Assembly: GCA_050948665.1 (NCBI GenBank)
Contig: JBMNEH010000001.1
Location: forward strand, 1,298,650-1,362,649
Length of the DNA stretch: 64,000 bases
Direction: 5' to 3'
Origin: Christensenellales bacterium
GTDB lineage: Bacteria > Bacillota > Clostridia > Christensenellales > UMGS416
The position numbers and the translations under genes were made by a program. The notes below the pieces were generated by a model. The model made no database searches, was not told the DNA's origin, and saw only the letters and a program-made list of their open reading frames with translations. How positions within the stretch are numbered: position 1 is the stretch's first letter; each line of letters begins with the position of its first letter. Shown here piece by piece: positions 51,775 to 60,526 of this stretch.

Positions 51775-54700
51775 ATGATAACTATGAACAAAAGACGACA
51801 GTATATTGCCTGGCTGATAGCGTTTATGATGCTAATCAGCGCTTTCTCTCCGATAAAAACGGCGCTTGCCGCAACTCCACCCACCCTTGACGCGGATGTG
51901 AGCGTCACGGGTGTTGAGGATGGCGGGATCATCAACGGATCCACCGGTATCGAGATAACAGTGACCTTTCCTGTCCCTGTCATGGGCGACGGCGTGACCG
52001 ATTATTTCGAGCATGGCGATAGCGTGACACTGCTGCTGAGCGAATCATTTAAGTTTGATCCCGTCCCCACCGGTTCCTTTGATTTAATGTATGGAACAAA
52101 AAAACTGGGGGCTGTTACACTGAGCAACAATATATCCGACCAAGCCGTGGCGACAATTACATTTGACGGGGATGAGGATGTTTTTGACCCTGATAAGCTC
52201 CCCGACGGAGAACCGCCCTATTCCGGTGTAAGCGGTACGTATACGGCCGACCTCAAATACAACGGCACACATGATACGGATGAGGGCGGCAACAAAACCG
52301 TGAGTATACTGGAAAAAACCTATAAACTCCAGCTTCCCGGAGATATCATTACCTATACGGTGGAAAAGAGTGGCGTTGTCGATTGGAACGCGGGGACCAT
52401 TGAGTGGACCGTAACCATTACCGCCACCAGTGATACAGACCCCGTGACCCACATTGATTTAAAGGATTACATGTTTGAGGACGACCTGGCGAATGTAGGC
52501 GAGTATGTTGCTGGCAGCTTTTCGCTGCCCGGCGGCACGCTTGTGATCCCAGACTCCGCTGCCAGCCCTCCTACGACCAAGCTGACGTACACTTTCCCGG
52601 CGGGCTCCATCAGTCCCCAGACGCTTACTTTTAAAACCGAAATCCCGGATAGTGTGCTTACTGCAGGCGGCGACATCACGAATGTCGCAGGCCTGTATCT
52701 TGTCGGCGAGAAGGTTGGCTTCGACGACTTTAAGGTCACTATCACTAAGCCCTCGGCGACCAAATCCGGGGAGACCAACGACGTCAGCAATGGGACATCC
52801 TATGACCCCGAAGGCCGTACCATCACATGGTATATCGAGGTGGACAACAAGGGGAGACCCCTGAATGACCTGGTTATCACCGATGAATTGAAAGGCGGCC
52901 TAATCTTTGATTCGGCGCAGTGGCAAAAATGGAATGCCACCGAAAGCAAGTGGGAAGATGTGTCTGGCATCAACTGGACATTGGCACCCGACGCCAACCA
53001 ATATAAAGTTGGCGAAAAGATTGGCGGCGGCGTAGATTATGTCGGGCGGCTGAAGATTGTCACCAAAGTGCCCAATAGCACCGATGGCTCTGTCATCGCA
53101 AAAACCTACTACAATCAGGCGTCCGTAAGCTGGAGCGGCAGCGGCGGCACCACCGGCAGCACCACGACCGGTAACCCCGGCGTGGGTATCGGGTATGACG
53201 CCCTTTCAAAAAGCGGCACGCAGAGCGCCGCCGATGTAGCCGCCCATCAAATCACCTGGACCATCAACGTCGATATGAAGGGCCAAAGTGCTGCGGACTT
53301 CAAGGTCTACGACCTTTTAGTCCATGATTCAAGCACCTTAAACGCTGACCTCACCAGCGCAACCGGCTGGCCAAGCGGCCTTTTGATCGGTTCCAACAAC
53401 GTCACCCGCAATAACGGCCAGAAGTTTGTCGGAGTCGACAGTGCCGGAACGGACGCACATCTGACCGTAACGCCCATTCATCTGCAAAAAAACGGAGATG
53501 TTATCGCAACCCTGGTGGAGATTACAGACCTCCAGGCAAGCGGAAGTAATCAGGTTGTCCTGAAAAGCCAGGTTCTTGACCCAAATATCATTGCCGGAAA
53601 CGACCCAAACCAAAGGGTATACAACTACGCCGCCCTCTACAAAGGCACCACCTTCCGAGGCCAGGACGACGCCTATGTGAATTACAACAACAAAGTCCTC
53701 GCCAAGGAACTGCTCAACCGCGCCGAGGTGGGCAATCACCATACCACGGGGGCCGGCAGCATCAATGCCAACAACCGCACCATCAATGTGGCGAATGGCT
53801 TCCACTACGGCTACAAAGAGGTGATCTTCCGCCTTAACGTCAACGCCGCCGGGGTAAATTTTGCAAACGTGGAAACCAGCCTGCCCGATGGCTTTGGGGA
53901 TGTCACCGTGGCCGATACCCTGCCGGAGGGCTGGGAGTTCACGAAATTTTCCGGCGGACAGGATTACCTGATCTATAACACCACCGGAGCACTGAGCACT
54001 GGCAGCGGTTTTCCCTCCACCGGTTCTCTGACCACCTCTGGCGATGCTCTGGATTCCGTATCTGGCCTGACCACGGTTTTCGCTACAACGGGTGATCCGC
54101 GCACTGCGACCTTTACCTTTACCGGCTTGGATCAGCCTTATGTGATTCTGGTGAAGGCAAGGCCTACCGGCGATACATTTGATGGCTATCTTAAGGGTGC
54201 CAATACGCGGAACGAACTTAATACTTTGAGCCTGTACTCCGACAACTGGACGCCTGGCGAAAGCGTATCTCAAAACGTCCGGATCGACAGCAAGGTTTTG
54301 GAAAAAGCCTTGGATTTGAGCAAGCTGAATCAGGGCATCCTAACCTGGACCGTGAAATACACCCCTTTTGGGCAGGAAATCGGCTCCGGACTTGAGGATA
54401 CCCTGCCTCAAGGCATCGACCTGCGCACCGATTCCAGCGGGCAGCTAATTTGGGAGCAAGACGGCAGCCGCAACATCAACGTCCGCGAGCTGACCTTGAA
54501 GGGCGACGGCAGCGGCGAATATGTGGAGGGCGCAGAGCTATCTCTGGATGTGATAAAATCGCATATCAGCTACTACAACGACACGCGCAAGCTGACCTTT
54601 ACCTTCCCGGATAAAACTCACGCCTATATGCTGACCTATGTCACCGACATCACTGGTATGCCGGGGGCTGTAACCAATGCAGTGAAGCTGGTGGATGCGG

Positions 54701-56916
54701 ACGGTACGGGAACCAGCACGGATCAATCCTTTACTATCACCGCGCAGCAGGGGATGGCCACCATGGGGCGCAGCGGCTATCTGGTTGTGAAAAAGACGGA
54801 TATGAGCGCTGATCCGCTGCAGGACGCGGAGTTTACCCTCTACAATACCAATGCGGACGGGTGCAAGGGCTCTGCACGGGCGGTCAGAATCACCGGAAGC
54901 GATGGAACAGTCAAGTTCTACGGCCTTGCCCCCGGCAATTACATCCTTGTGGAGACACAGTCCCCTGACGACACTGTTTATGAGAATCCTTCCCTGGAAT
55001 ACAATGTCATTGTGGGCGCTGACCTCAAAACCACCGTGAACGGTTCCGGCGTCATCACCAGTGACAATCCTTTTGTTGTGGTTAATTACAAAGACGCTGA
55101 TCAGGTGGGCAGCCTGACGATCAGCAAAACGGTATCAGGCGATGGCGCTGACCCCACCAAGGCATTTGATTTTACGCTGACGCTAAACGGCGCTGCCGGC
55201 GCTTATACCTATGTCGGGCACGGCGTACCAGGTGGAACCATTGCAAGCGGGGATACCGTTTCCCTTGCCCACGGTCAGAGCATTACCATCGTGGGCTTAC
55301 CCAACGGTACAACATATACGGTAACGGAGGCGGACTACTCCGGCGACGGATACGCTACGACTAGCACCGGCGCTACCGGCAGCATTGTGACTAACACGAT
55401 GCAAACCGCAACGTTTACCAATACGAGAACGGTAGGAAGCCTGACCATCTCCAAGACAGTGGCAGGCAACGCGGGCGATGTCTCAAAGAGCTTTGACTTC
55501 ATGCTGACGTTAAACGGCGCAGCCGATATCCCCTATGCCTATACCGGGCATGGCGTGCCGGATGGGACAATCAAAAGCGGAGATACCGTTTCCCTTACCC
55601 ATGGCCAGAGTATTACTATTACCGGCCTGCCGGCGGGAGCAACGTATACAGTGGCAGAGACGGACTACTCCGGCGACGGATACGTGACGTCCAGTACAGG
55701 CGCTACCGGCAGCATTGCGGCTGATGTTACGAAAACAGCGTTGTTTACCAATACAAAAACGGTAGGAAGCCTGACCATCATCAAGACGGTGGCGGGCAAC
55801 GCGGGCGATGCCGCGAAGACATTTGACTTCACACTTACGCTGAACGGTGCAACCGGTACATATCCTTATACCGGGCATGGCGTGCCGGACGGGACAATTA
55901 AAAGTGGGGATACCGTTCCCCTTGCCCACGGGCAGAGCATCACTATTACAGGTCTTCCTGTGGATGCAACTTATGCAGTTGCCGAAGCGGACTATTCCGG
56001 CGACGGGTATACCACAGTCAGCACAGGCGCGACCGGCAGCATCGTGGGCGGCGCTACACAAACAGCGTCCTTCACAAACACCAAAAACAATGTTCCGGCT
56101 CCTACTGGCGGAAATCTGACCATTAGCAAAACTGTCGTCGGAACCACCGCAGACACGGCAAAGAAATTTTACTTTAGGATAACCCTGGTAGGTGCTCCCG
56201 GTACCTATGCTTATGCCGGCAATGGCGTTCCGGACGGAGCGATGAAGAGCGGAAATAGCATTTCGCTTGCACATGGGCAGAGCATCACAATCACAGGCCT
56301 GCCGGTGGGTACAACTTATACGGTAACCGAAGCGGACTACTCCGGCGATGGGTACACCGTGGTCAGCGCAGGCGCTACCAGCAGCATCGCGTCGAACGCA
56401 ACGCAAACCGCGGCGTTCACCAACACAAAGGATGGGATTTCTCCCTCTGAGGATACGACGGGAAGCCTAACAATCAGCAAAACGGTTACCGGAAATGCTG
56501 CCGATACCTCAAAGAGATTTAATTTCACGCTTACGCTAAACGGCGCAACCGGTATCTATGCATATATCGGCCACGGAGTGCCGGACGGGACGATCATAAG
56601 CGGGGAGACTGTTTCACTTGCCCATGGGCAGAGCATCACCATTACAGGTCTGCCTGTGGGTACAACGTATACGGTGACGGAAAAGGAAGCCAATCAGGGC
56701 GGTTATGTCACCAGTTCAACAGGAGCATCCGATGCGATTTCCGAACAGGGACAGACGGCGGCGTTTGTTAATTCAAAGAGCGGTGTCCCGAAAACCGGGG
56801 ACGATAATATAGGAGCCATTGGGAGAATTGGATTGATGATATCCGTCCCGCTGCTGTTGGCGCTAATCGGTTTGGACTTTGCTTTACGGGTTAAGAGACG
56901 CAGACGGTATCGTTAG
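51775..56916 (+). CDS. cell-wall-anchored adhesin/pilin-like surface protein with Cna-B/SpaA-type repeats
   Basis: 1713 aa from the ATG at 51775 (the track TTG at 51721 is unlikely). Signal peptide MITMNKRRQYIAWLIAFMMLISAFSPIKTALA. C-terminal VPKTG (56785..56799), hydrophobic helix, then RVKRRRRYR. Confidence 0.85.
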   Translation: MITMNKRRQYIAWLIAFMMLISAFSPIKTALAATPPTLDADVSVTGVEDGGIINGSTGIEITVTFPVPVMGDGVTDYFEHGDSVTLLLSESFKFDPVPTGSFDLMYGTKKLGAVTLSNNISDQAVATITFDGDEDVFDPDKLPDGEPPYSGVSGTYTADLKYNGTHDTDEGGNKTVSILEKTYKLQLPGDIITYTVEKSGVVDWNAGTIEWTVTITATSDTDPVTHIDLKDYMFEDDLANVGEYVAGSFSLPGGTLVIPDSAASPPTTKLTYTFPAGSISPQTLTFKTEIPDSVLTAGGDITNVAGLYLVGEKVGFDDFKVTITKPSATKSGETNDVSNGTSYDPEGRTITWYIEVDNKGRPLNDLVITDELKGGLIFDSAQWQKWNATESKWEDVSGINWTLAPDANQYKVGEKIGGGVDYVGRLKIVTKVPNSTDGSVIAKTYYNQASVSWSGSGGTTGSTTTGNPGVGIGYDALSKSGTQSAADVAAHQITWTINVDMKGQSAADFKVYDLLVHDSSTLNADLTSATGWPSGLLIGSNNVTRNNGQKFVGVDSAGTDAHLTVTPIHLQKNGDVIATLVEITDLQASGSNQVVLKSQVLDPNIIAGNDPNQRVYNYAALYKGTTFRGQDDAYVNYNNKVLAKELLNRAEVGNHHTTGAGSINANNRTINVANGFHYGYKEVIFRLNVNAAGVNFANVETSLPDGFGDVTVADTLPEGWEFTKFSGGQDYLIYNTTGALSTGSGFPSTGSLTTSGDALDSVSGLTTVFATTGDPRTATFTFTGLDQPYVILVKARPTGDTFDGYLKGANTRNELNTLSLYSDNWTPGESVSQNVRIDSKVLEKALDLSKLNQGILTWTVKYTPFGQEIGSGLEDTLPQGIDLRTDSSGQLIWEQDGSRNINVRELTLKGDGSGEYVEGAELSLDVIKSHISYYNDTRKLTFTFPDKTHAYMLTYVTDITGMPGAVTNAVKLVDADGTGTSTDQSFTITAQQGMATMGRSGYLVVKKTDMSADPLQDAEFTLYNTNADGCKGSARAVRITGSDGTVKFYGLAPGNYILVETQSPDDTVYENPSLEYNVIVGADLKTTVNGSGVITSDNPFVVVNYKDADQVGSLTISKTVSGDGADPTKAFDFTLTLNGAAGAYTYVGHGVPGGTIASGDTVSLAHGQSITIVGLPNGTTYTVTEADYSGDGYATTSTGATGSIVTNTMQTATFTNTRTVGSLTISKTVAGNAGDVSKSFDFMLTLNGAADIPYAYTGHGVPDGTIKSGDTVSLTHGQSITITGLPAGATYTVAETDYSGDGYVTSSTGATGSIAADVTKTALFTNTKTVGSLTIIKTVAGNAGDAAKTFDFTLTLNGATGTYPYTGHGVPDGTIKSGDTVPLAHGQSITITGLPVDATYAVAEADYSGDGYTTVSTGATGSIVGGATQTASFTNTKNNVPAPTGGNLTISKTVVGTTADTAKKFYFRITLVGAPGTYAYAGNGVPDGAMKSGNSISLAHGQSITITGLPVGTTYTVTEADYSGDGYTVVSAGATSSIASNATQTAAFTNTKDGISPSEDTTGSLTISKTVTGNAADTSKRFNFTLTLNGATGIYAYIGHGVPDGTIISGETVSLAHGQSITITGLPVGTTYTVTEKEANQGGYVTSSTGASDAISEQGQTAAFVNSKSGVPKTGDDNIGAIGRIGLMISVPLLLALIGLDFALRVKRRRRYR
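55105..56778 (+). repeat. five tandem coding repeats of about 330 nt (110 aa)
   Basis: Units start at 55105, 55432, 55762, 56107 and 56458. Consensus GSLTISKTV.GNA.D..K.FDFTLTLNGA.G.Y.Y.GHGVPDGTI.SGDTVSLAHGQSITITGLP.GTTYTV.EADYSGDGY....TGATGSI.....TA.FTNTK. Confidence 0.85.
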
Positions 56917-56929
56917 AATTTTTTGCAGG

Positions 56930-56959
56930 GGTCCGTGATGTGTCTTTGCATCACGGACC
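56930..56959 (+). terminator. hairpin (attenuating terminator?) between adhesin and sortase genes
   Basis: Perfect 11-bp stem GGTCCGTGATG / CATCACGGACC with an 8-nt loop. The downstream AGTTTATAT is only weakly U-rich. Confidence 0.45.
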
Positions 56960-56983
56960 AGTTTATATAGGAGCTTTTGTGGT

Positions 56984-57820
56984 ATGCAACAAAAAACAAG
57001 CCGTCAAAGCAGATATTTGAACACAGAAGCCAATCGTGCGAGAGAAAGAGAAGCGCGTTTAAAAAGATTTCTCACTTTTCTGCGTGTCATGATGATACTA
57101 TGCATGATAGCAATTGCAGTTTTCGCAGTCCTCCTGATCAACAATAACAGGGAATATTCGGAGGGTGACGCTTTTTATGGGGAGATTCGGTCGATGCTGC
57201 ATAATGAGAGCGCTGAGCCAGAAGACACAAATGCCGCAATATCCGCATCGCCCGACCGGTCAACAAAAATGAATTTCATCTCTCTTCGTGCTGTGAATGA
57301 CGATGTTATTGGATGGATTTTGGCCGAAGGAAGATCGATTGACTATCCTATTGTGCGCGGAGGAGATAATGAATACTACCTGACACACCTGTTTGACCAT
57401 AAGAAGAACAAGCTGGGGACACTATTTGTGGATTACCGCAATCATGGTGATTTCTCAGATAAAAATACGATCATATACGGACACAATATGAAGGATGGCT
57501 CTATGTTCGCATCCTTGGCAGAGTATAAAGATCAGAAATACTATGACAGCTTCCCTACAATGACATTGTATACACCTGATGGGGATTTCACGATTGAACT
57601 TTTCGCAGGAATTGTTGCCGATGGAAATTATGAATTCGTCCGATTCGAATTTCAAGACGATAAGGATTTCACGGATTATATCAACACACTAAAAATAAAG
57701 TCTACTTTTGAGAACAATACAATCGTAAAACCGGGGGACCGTATCGTAACCTTATGCACTTGTTCCTACGAATTTAATAATGCGAGATATGCATTGTTTG
57801 GGAAATTGATACCTGGCTGA
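56984..57820 (+). CDS. srtB: class B sortase
   Basis: 278 aa. N-terminal TM anchor, NTIIYGHNMKDGSMFASL, catalytic TLCTCSY. Confidence 0.8.
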   Translation: MQQKTSRQSRYLNTEANRAREREARLKRFLTFLRVMMILCMIAIAVFAVLLINNNREYSEGDAFYGEIRSMLHNESAEPEDTNAAISASPDRSTKMNFISLRAVNDDVIGWILAEGRSIDYPIVRGGDNEYYLTHLFDHKKNKLGTLFVDYRNHGDFSDKNTIIYGHNMKDGSMFASLAEYKDQKYYDSFPTMTLYTPDGDFTIELFAGIVADGNYEFVRFEFQDDKDFTDYINTLKIKSTFENNTIVKPGDRIVTLCTCSYEFNNARYALFGKLIPG

Positions 57821-57987
57821 TAATATTATACGAAAAGGCTGAATGGTAAAAACGGTTATATCCCTAACGTGGGGATGCAAAACTTCTAAGAGTGTTGGCC
57901 ATGTGCACCCCCCGTCAGACACGAAAAGTGCACACTCCATGGTGTAGGGTTGCATTTATATCGATATTTGGGCGCCAATACAATTCA

Positions 57988-58084
57988 TCCCCTCACTAAC
58001 GAAAGGTGTGTACCCTCGCTAACGATTATACTTGCGCTTGCGATTACCGAACCAATGCTTTCGATTGTCGGAAAAGGGTTTCAT
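57988..58084 (+). repeat. tandem/dispersed copies of the ATACCCnCGCTTTCGATT family
   Basis: TCCCCTCACTAACGAAA (57988), GTACCCTCGCTAACGATT (58010..58027), ATACTTGCGCTTGCGATT (58028..58045), AACCAATGCTTTCGATT (58050..58066), GGTTTCAT (58077..58084). Compare 2697..2787. Confidence 0.55.
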
Positions 58085-58113
58085 CGTATCAAAATTATCA
58101 GCCTTTGCCAGAT

Positions 58114-58146
58114 AAACGCCCCGACTCTTCGGGGCGTTTTGTTTTT
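58114..58146 (+). terminator. strong intrinsic terminator with no obvious upstream gene
   Basis: Perfect 10-bp stem AAACGCCCCG / CGGGGCGTTT, 6-nt loop, then TTTTGTTTTT. Lies about 290 nt after the sortase stop and 35 nt before the next gene. Confidence 0.75.
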
Positions 58147-58179
58147 ATATAACTATTGATATCACGAAAAAGGAGAGAA

Positions 58180-58902
58180 ATGTTACCGAAAAGATACAAA
58201 AAAGATGATCTCACATCATATACTCTCGGCATGACATTGACCATCGAATTGCTACGGAAGCGACCTGATTTGGCGGAAGCAGTATATTTTTCACCCTCTT
58301 TGACCGATAGTGCCATACGTGAAGAAATGAAGGATATTTGTGTGGACAACTGCATCCCTATGGCAGTATCCGAGAAGCCTTTTCGCATCCTTTCTCCCAA
58401 GGAAAATTGTTTTATGATCGCTATCTTCCGTAAGTTCACCTGTCCTTTACAGGATAGCGGACGTCACATTGTCCTTGCACAGCCCTCCAATGCAGGGAAT
58501 ATCGGTACGATTTTCCGTACAGCTCTGGGATTCGGAATACAAGATATTGCTATTCTCCGCCCAGCGGTAGATATATTTGATCCTAAGGCTGTCCGCGCTA
58601 CAATGGGAGCTCTTTTTGGCGGAGTAAGATTCCATTATTACGATTGTTATGAAGAGTATTTGCGGGAATTTCCAATGTATAAGGGCTATGCCTTTATGTT
58701 GGATTCACGTAGCAAAAAACTGGCGAGCGTTGTTTTTAATGCGCCTTGGTCGCTCATCTTCGGGAATGAGGCCTCCGGCCTCGACTCGCGATATGTTGAA
58801 AACTGTATGCCAGTAATTATACCGATTACGACCGATATAGACAGTCTGAACTTACCCATTGCCGCAGGCATAGCTATGTATGTGGCGGTAGAGGGAGGAT
58901 GA
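58180..58902 (+). CDS. TrmH/SpoU-family RNA 2'-O-methyltransferase
   Basis: 240 aa from the ATG at 58180 (AAAGGAGAG SD; the track TTG at 58156 is unlikely). LIFGNEASGLD and IPI...SLNLPIAAGIAMY motifs. Confidence 0.8.
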   Translation: MLPKRYKKDDLTSYTLGMTLTIELLRKRPDLAEAVYFSPSLTDSAIREEMKDICVDNCIPMAVSEKPFRILSPKENCFMIAIFRKFTCPLQDSGRHIVLAQPSNAGNIGTIFRTALGFGIQDIAILRPAVDIFDPKAVRATMGALFGGVRFHYYDCYEEYLREFPMYKGYAFMLDSRSKKLASVVFNAPWSLIFGNEASGLDSRYVENCMPVIIPITTDIDSLNLPIAAGIAMYVAVEGG

Positions 58903-58910
58903 GCTCGATA

Positions 58911-59620
58911 ATGCGGTATGAAAATATCCTGCCCGGAATATTTCTGTCCAGACCAAATCGCTTTATTGCCATAGTAAACACTGACGTTGGACAGAAAATC
59001 GTTCACGTAAAGAATACCGGACGCTGCCGGGAGTTGCTGCTACCCGGAAGCAGGGTGTGGCTTGAAAAAAATGCGGTGCAATCCGGAAAACAGAATATGA
59101 CCTAATCAGCGTTTATAAGGGGGACAAACTTATAAATGTGGACAGCCAGGCGCCAAATCGGGTTTTTAGTGAATGGCTGACACGACAGCCTGAACTTTCC
59201 CGTGCTGAGTTTTTTCCGGAGCATACCTTTGGTGACAGCCGATTGGATTTTCTCTTCAGACTTGATTCCATAGACTACCTGATTGAAATCAAAGGGGTTA
59301 CATTGGAAAAAAACGGCATAGGCTGTTTTCCGGATGCACCGACAGATAGGGGAACAAAGCACCTGCGTAATCTGATACATGCAGCTGGGCAGGGCTACAA
59401 ATGTTGCGTTGTTTTTGTTACGCAGATGGAAGATGTGCGATGTGTTGTACCGAATCGGGACACCGATCCGTTGTTTACGCGTGCATTGTGCGATGCGCAA
59501 GCATCCGGAGTATTTTTGTCGGGCTATGTCTGCCATGTTACACCGCACGTACTGGAAATCAAAGGCCCAATCCCGGTAGATACCTCGCTTTCTGCTTGGG
59601 AGGATTATTGCCGCGGTTAG
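58911..59620 (+). pseudogene. sfsA: sfsA (sugar fermentation stimulation / nuclease-like protein) interrupted by a frameshift
   Basis: The N-terminal part (MRYENILPGIFLSRPNRFIAIV...VWLEKN) stops at 59103..59105. The remainder (..IRKTEYDLISVYKGDKLINVDSQAPNRV...) continues in the -1 frame. An A7 run lies at 59065..59071. Confidence 0.7.
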
Positions 59621-59850
59621 GCAATACAGTATAAGAATGAGCAAAACCTTATAAAAACATATTTGTAACTGTATGAATCCCATGCGCAACAGCATCGATG
59701 CGAACGTTTGCGAAGAATGTGGGCTTGTATTTATCTCATAGAGGCTGACTGATAGAATTTTCAGAGGCAGATAATAGCAGAATCTCTGAATCTCTTGTCT
59801 GCGCCTCCCTGAGCGGAAGAAAACGGCATTTGATATGCTGCCTGTGAAAC

Positions 59851-59879
59851 TTGCTTATACGACTCGATTACGATATAAT
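59851..59879 (+). promoter_or_regulatory. sigma-A type promoter of nth-dnaE
   Basis: TTGCTT (59851..59856), 17-nt spacer, TATAAT (59874..59879). Confidence 0.6.
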
Positions 59880-59896
59880 CAAACGGGAGGTCGTTT

Positions 59897-60526
59897 GTGG
59901 TTAATACTGAAGAAATTATACGCATACTCTCAAAGGTGTATGGAGGCAGAACATCCGGACTGAATTACAATACGCCCTTTGAACTTTTGGTAGCGACCAT
60001 TTTATCCGCACAATGCACGGATGTACGGGTAAACCAGGTAACTTCCTCTTTATTCCAAGTTTATAATACTCCCGCCGCATTTGCCGAGATGACAGTACCC
60101 CAGCTTGAGGAACATATTCGTACATGCGGGCTTTACCATGCAAAAGCAGAATATATTATCGAAACGAGCAAACGCCTGCTGGAAACCTATGGAGGAGAGG
60201 TTCCTGCCGATATGGATGCGTTGTTGACATTGCCCGGCGTTGGCAGAAAAACAGCGAACGTCGTGCTCTCCAACGCAATGGGTATTCCGGCAATTGCTGT
60301 GGATACCCATGTTTTTCGTGTATCACATCGCTTAGGTTTGGCAGACGCACCGGATGCTGAAGGTACCGAGAAACAATTAATGGCGGTACTGCCCCGAGAA
60401 ATCTGGTCGCAGGCACATCACTGGCTTATATGGCATGGAAGAGAGATCTGCCGTTCCCGAAAACCGGCTTGCCATATATGCCCCTTAGCCGGGAATTGCT
60501 TCAAACTAATTGCCGGAGGAAAATAA
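59897..60526 (+). CDS. nth: endonuclease III
   Basis: 209 aa, GTG start after GGGAGG. HhH LPGVGRKTANVVL. C-terminal 4Fe-4S cluster CRSRKPACHICPLAGNC. Confidence 0.9.
   Translation: MVNTEEIIRILSKVYGGRTSGLNYNTPFELLVATILSAQCTDVRVNQVTSSLFQVYNTPAAFAEMTVPQLEEHIRTCGLYHAKAEYIIETSKRLLETYGGEVPADMDALLTLPGVGRKTANVVLSNAMGIPAIAVDTHVFRVSHRLGLADAPDAEGTEKQLMAVLPREIWSQAHHWLIWHGREICRSRKPACHICPLAGNCFKLIAGGK

Noticed and set aside
53338-56406. Minus-strand ORFs of 311 aa (53338..54273) and 298 aa (55510..56406)
   Set aside because: They are antisense to the adhesin gene. The second simply mirrors the five coding repeats and is Cys/Arg/Gly-rich junk.
55105-56778. Regular 330-nt repeats considered as a possible CRISPR or other non-coding array
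   Set aside because: The period is far too long and there are no spacers. The repeats are in frame within one ORF and encode a conserved 110-aa domain. No CRISPR array was seen anywhere in the window.
58010-58018. 8-nt match (GAGGGTAC, minus strand) to the 3' end of tRNA-Glu, considered as a tRNA-derived att core
   Set aside because: An 8-mer is expected by chance about twice in 128 kb of two-strand sequence. The element also encodes serine rather than tyrosine recombinases.
57950-58159. 69-aa plus-strand ORF upstream of the TrmH-family gene
   Set aside because: It has no SD, reads straight through the strong intrinsic terminator and the short-repeat array, and its sequence is not protein-like.
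59102-59695. 197-aa minus-strand ORF
   Set aside because: It is antisense to sfsA, whose plus-strand translation matches the family along its whole length apart from the frameshift.
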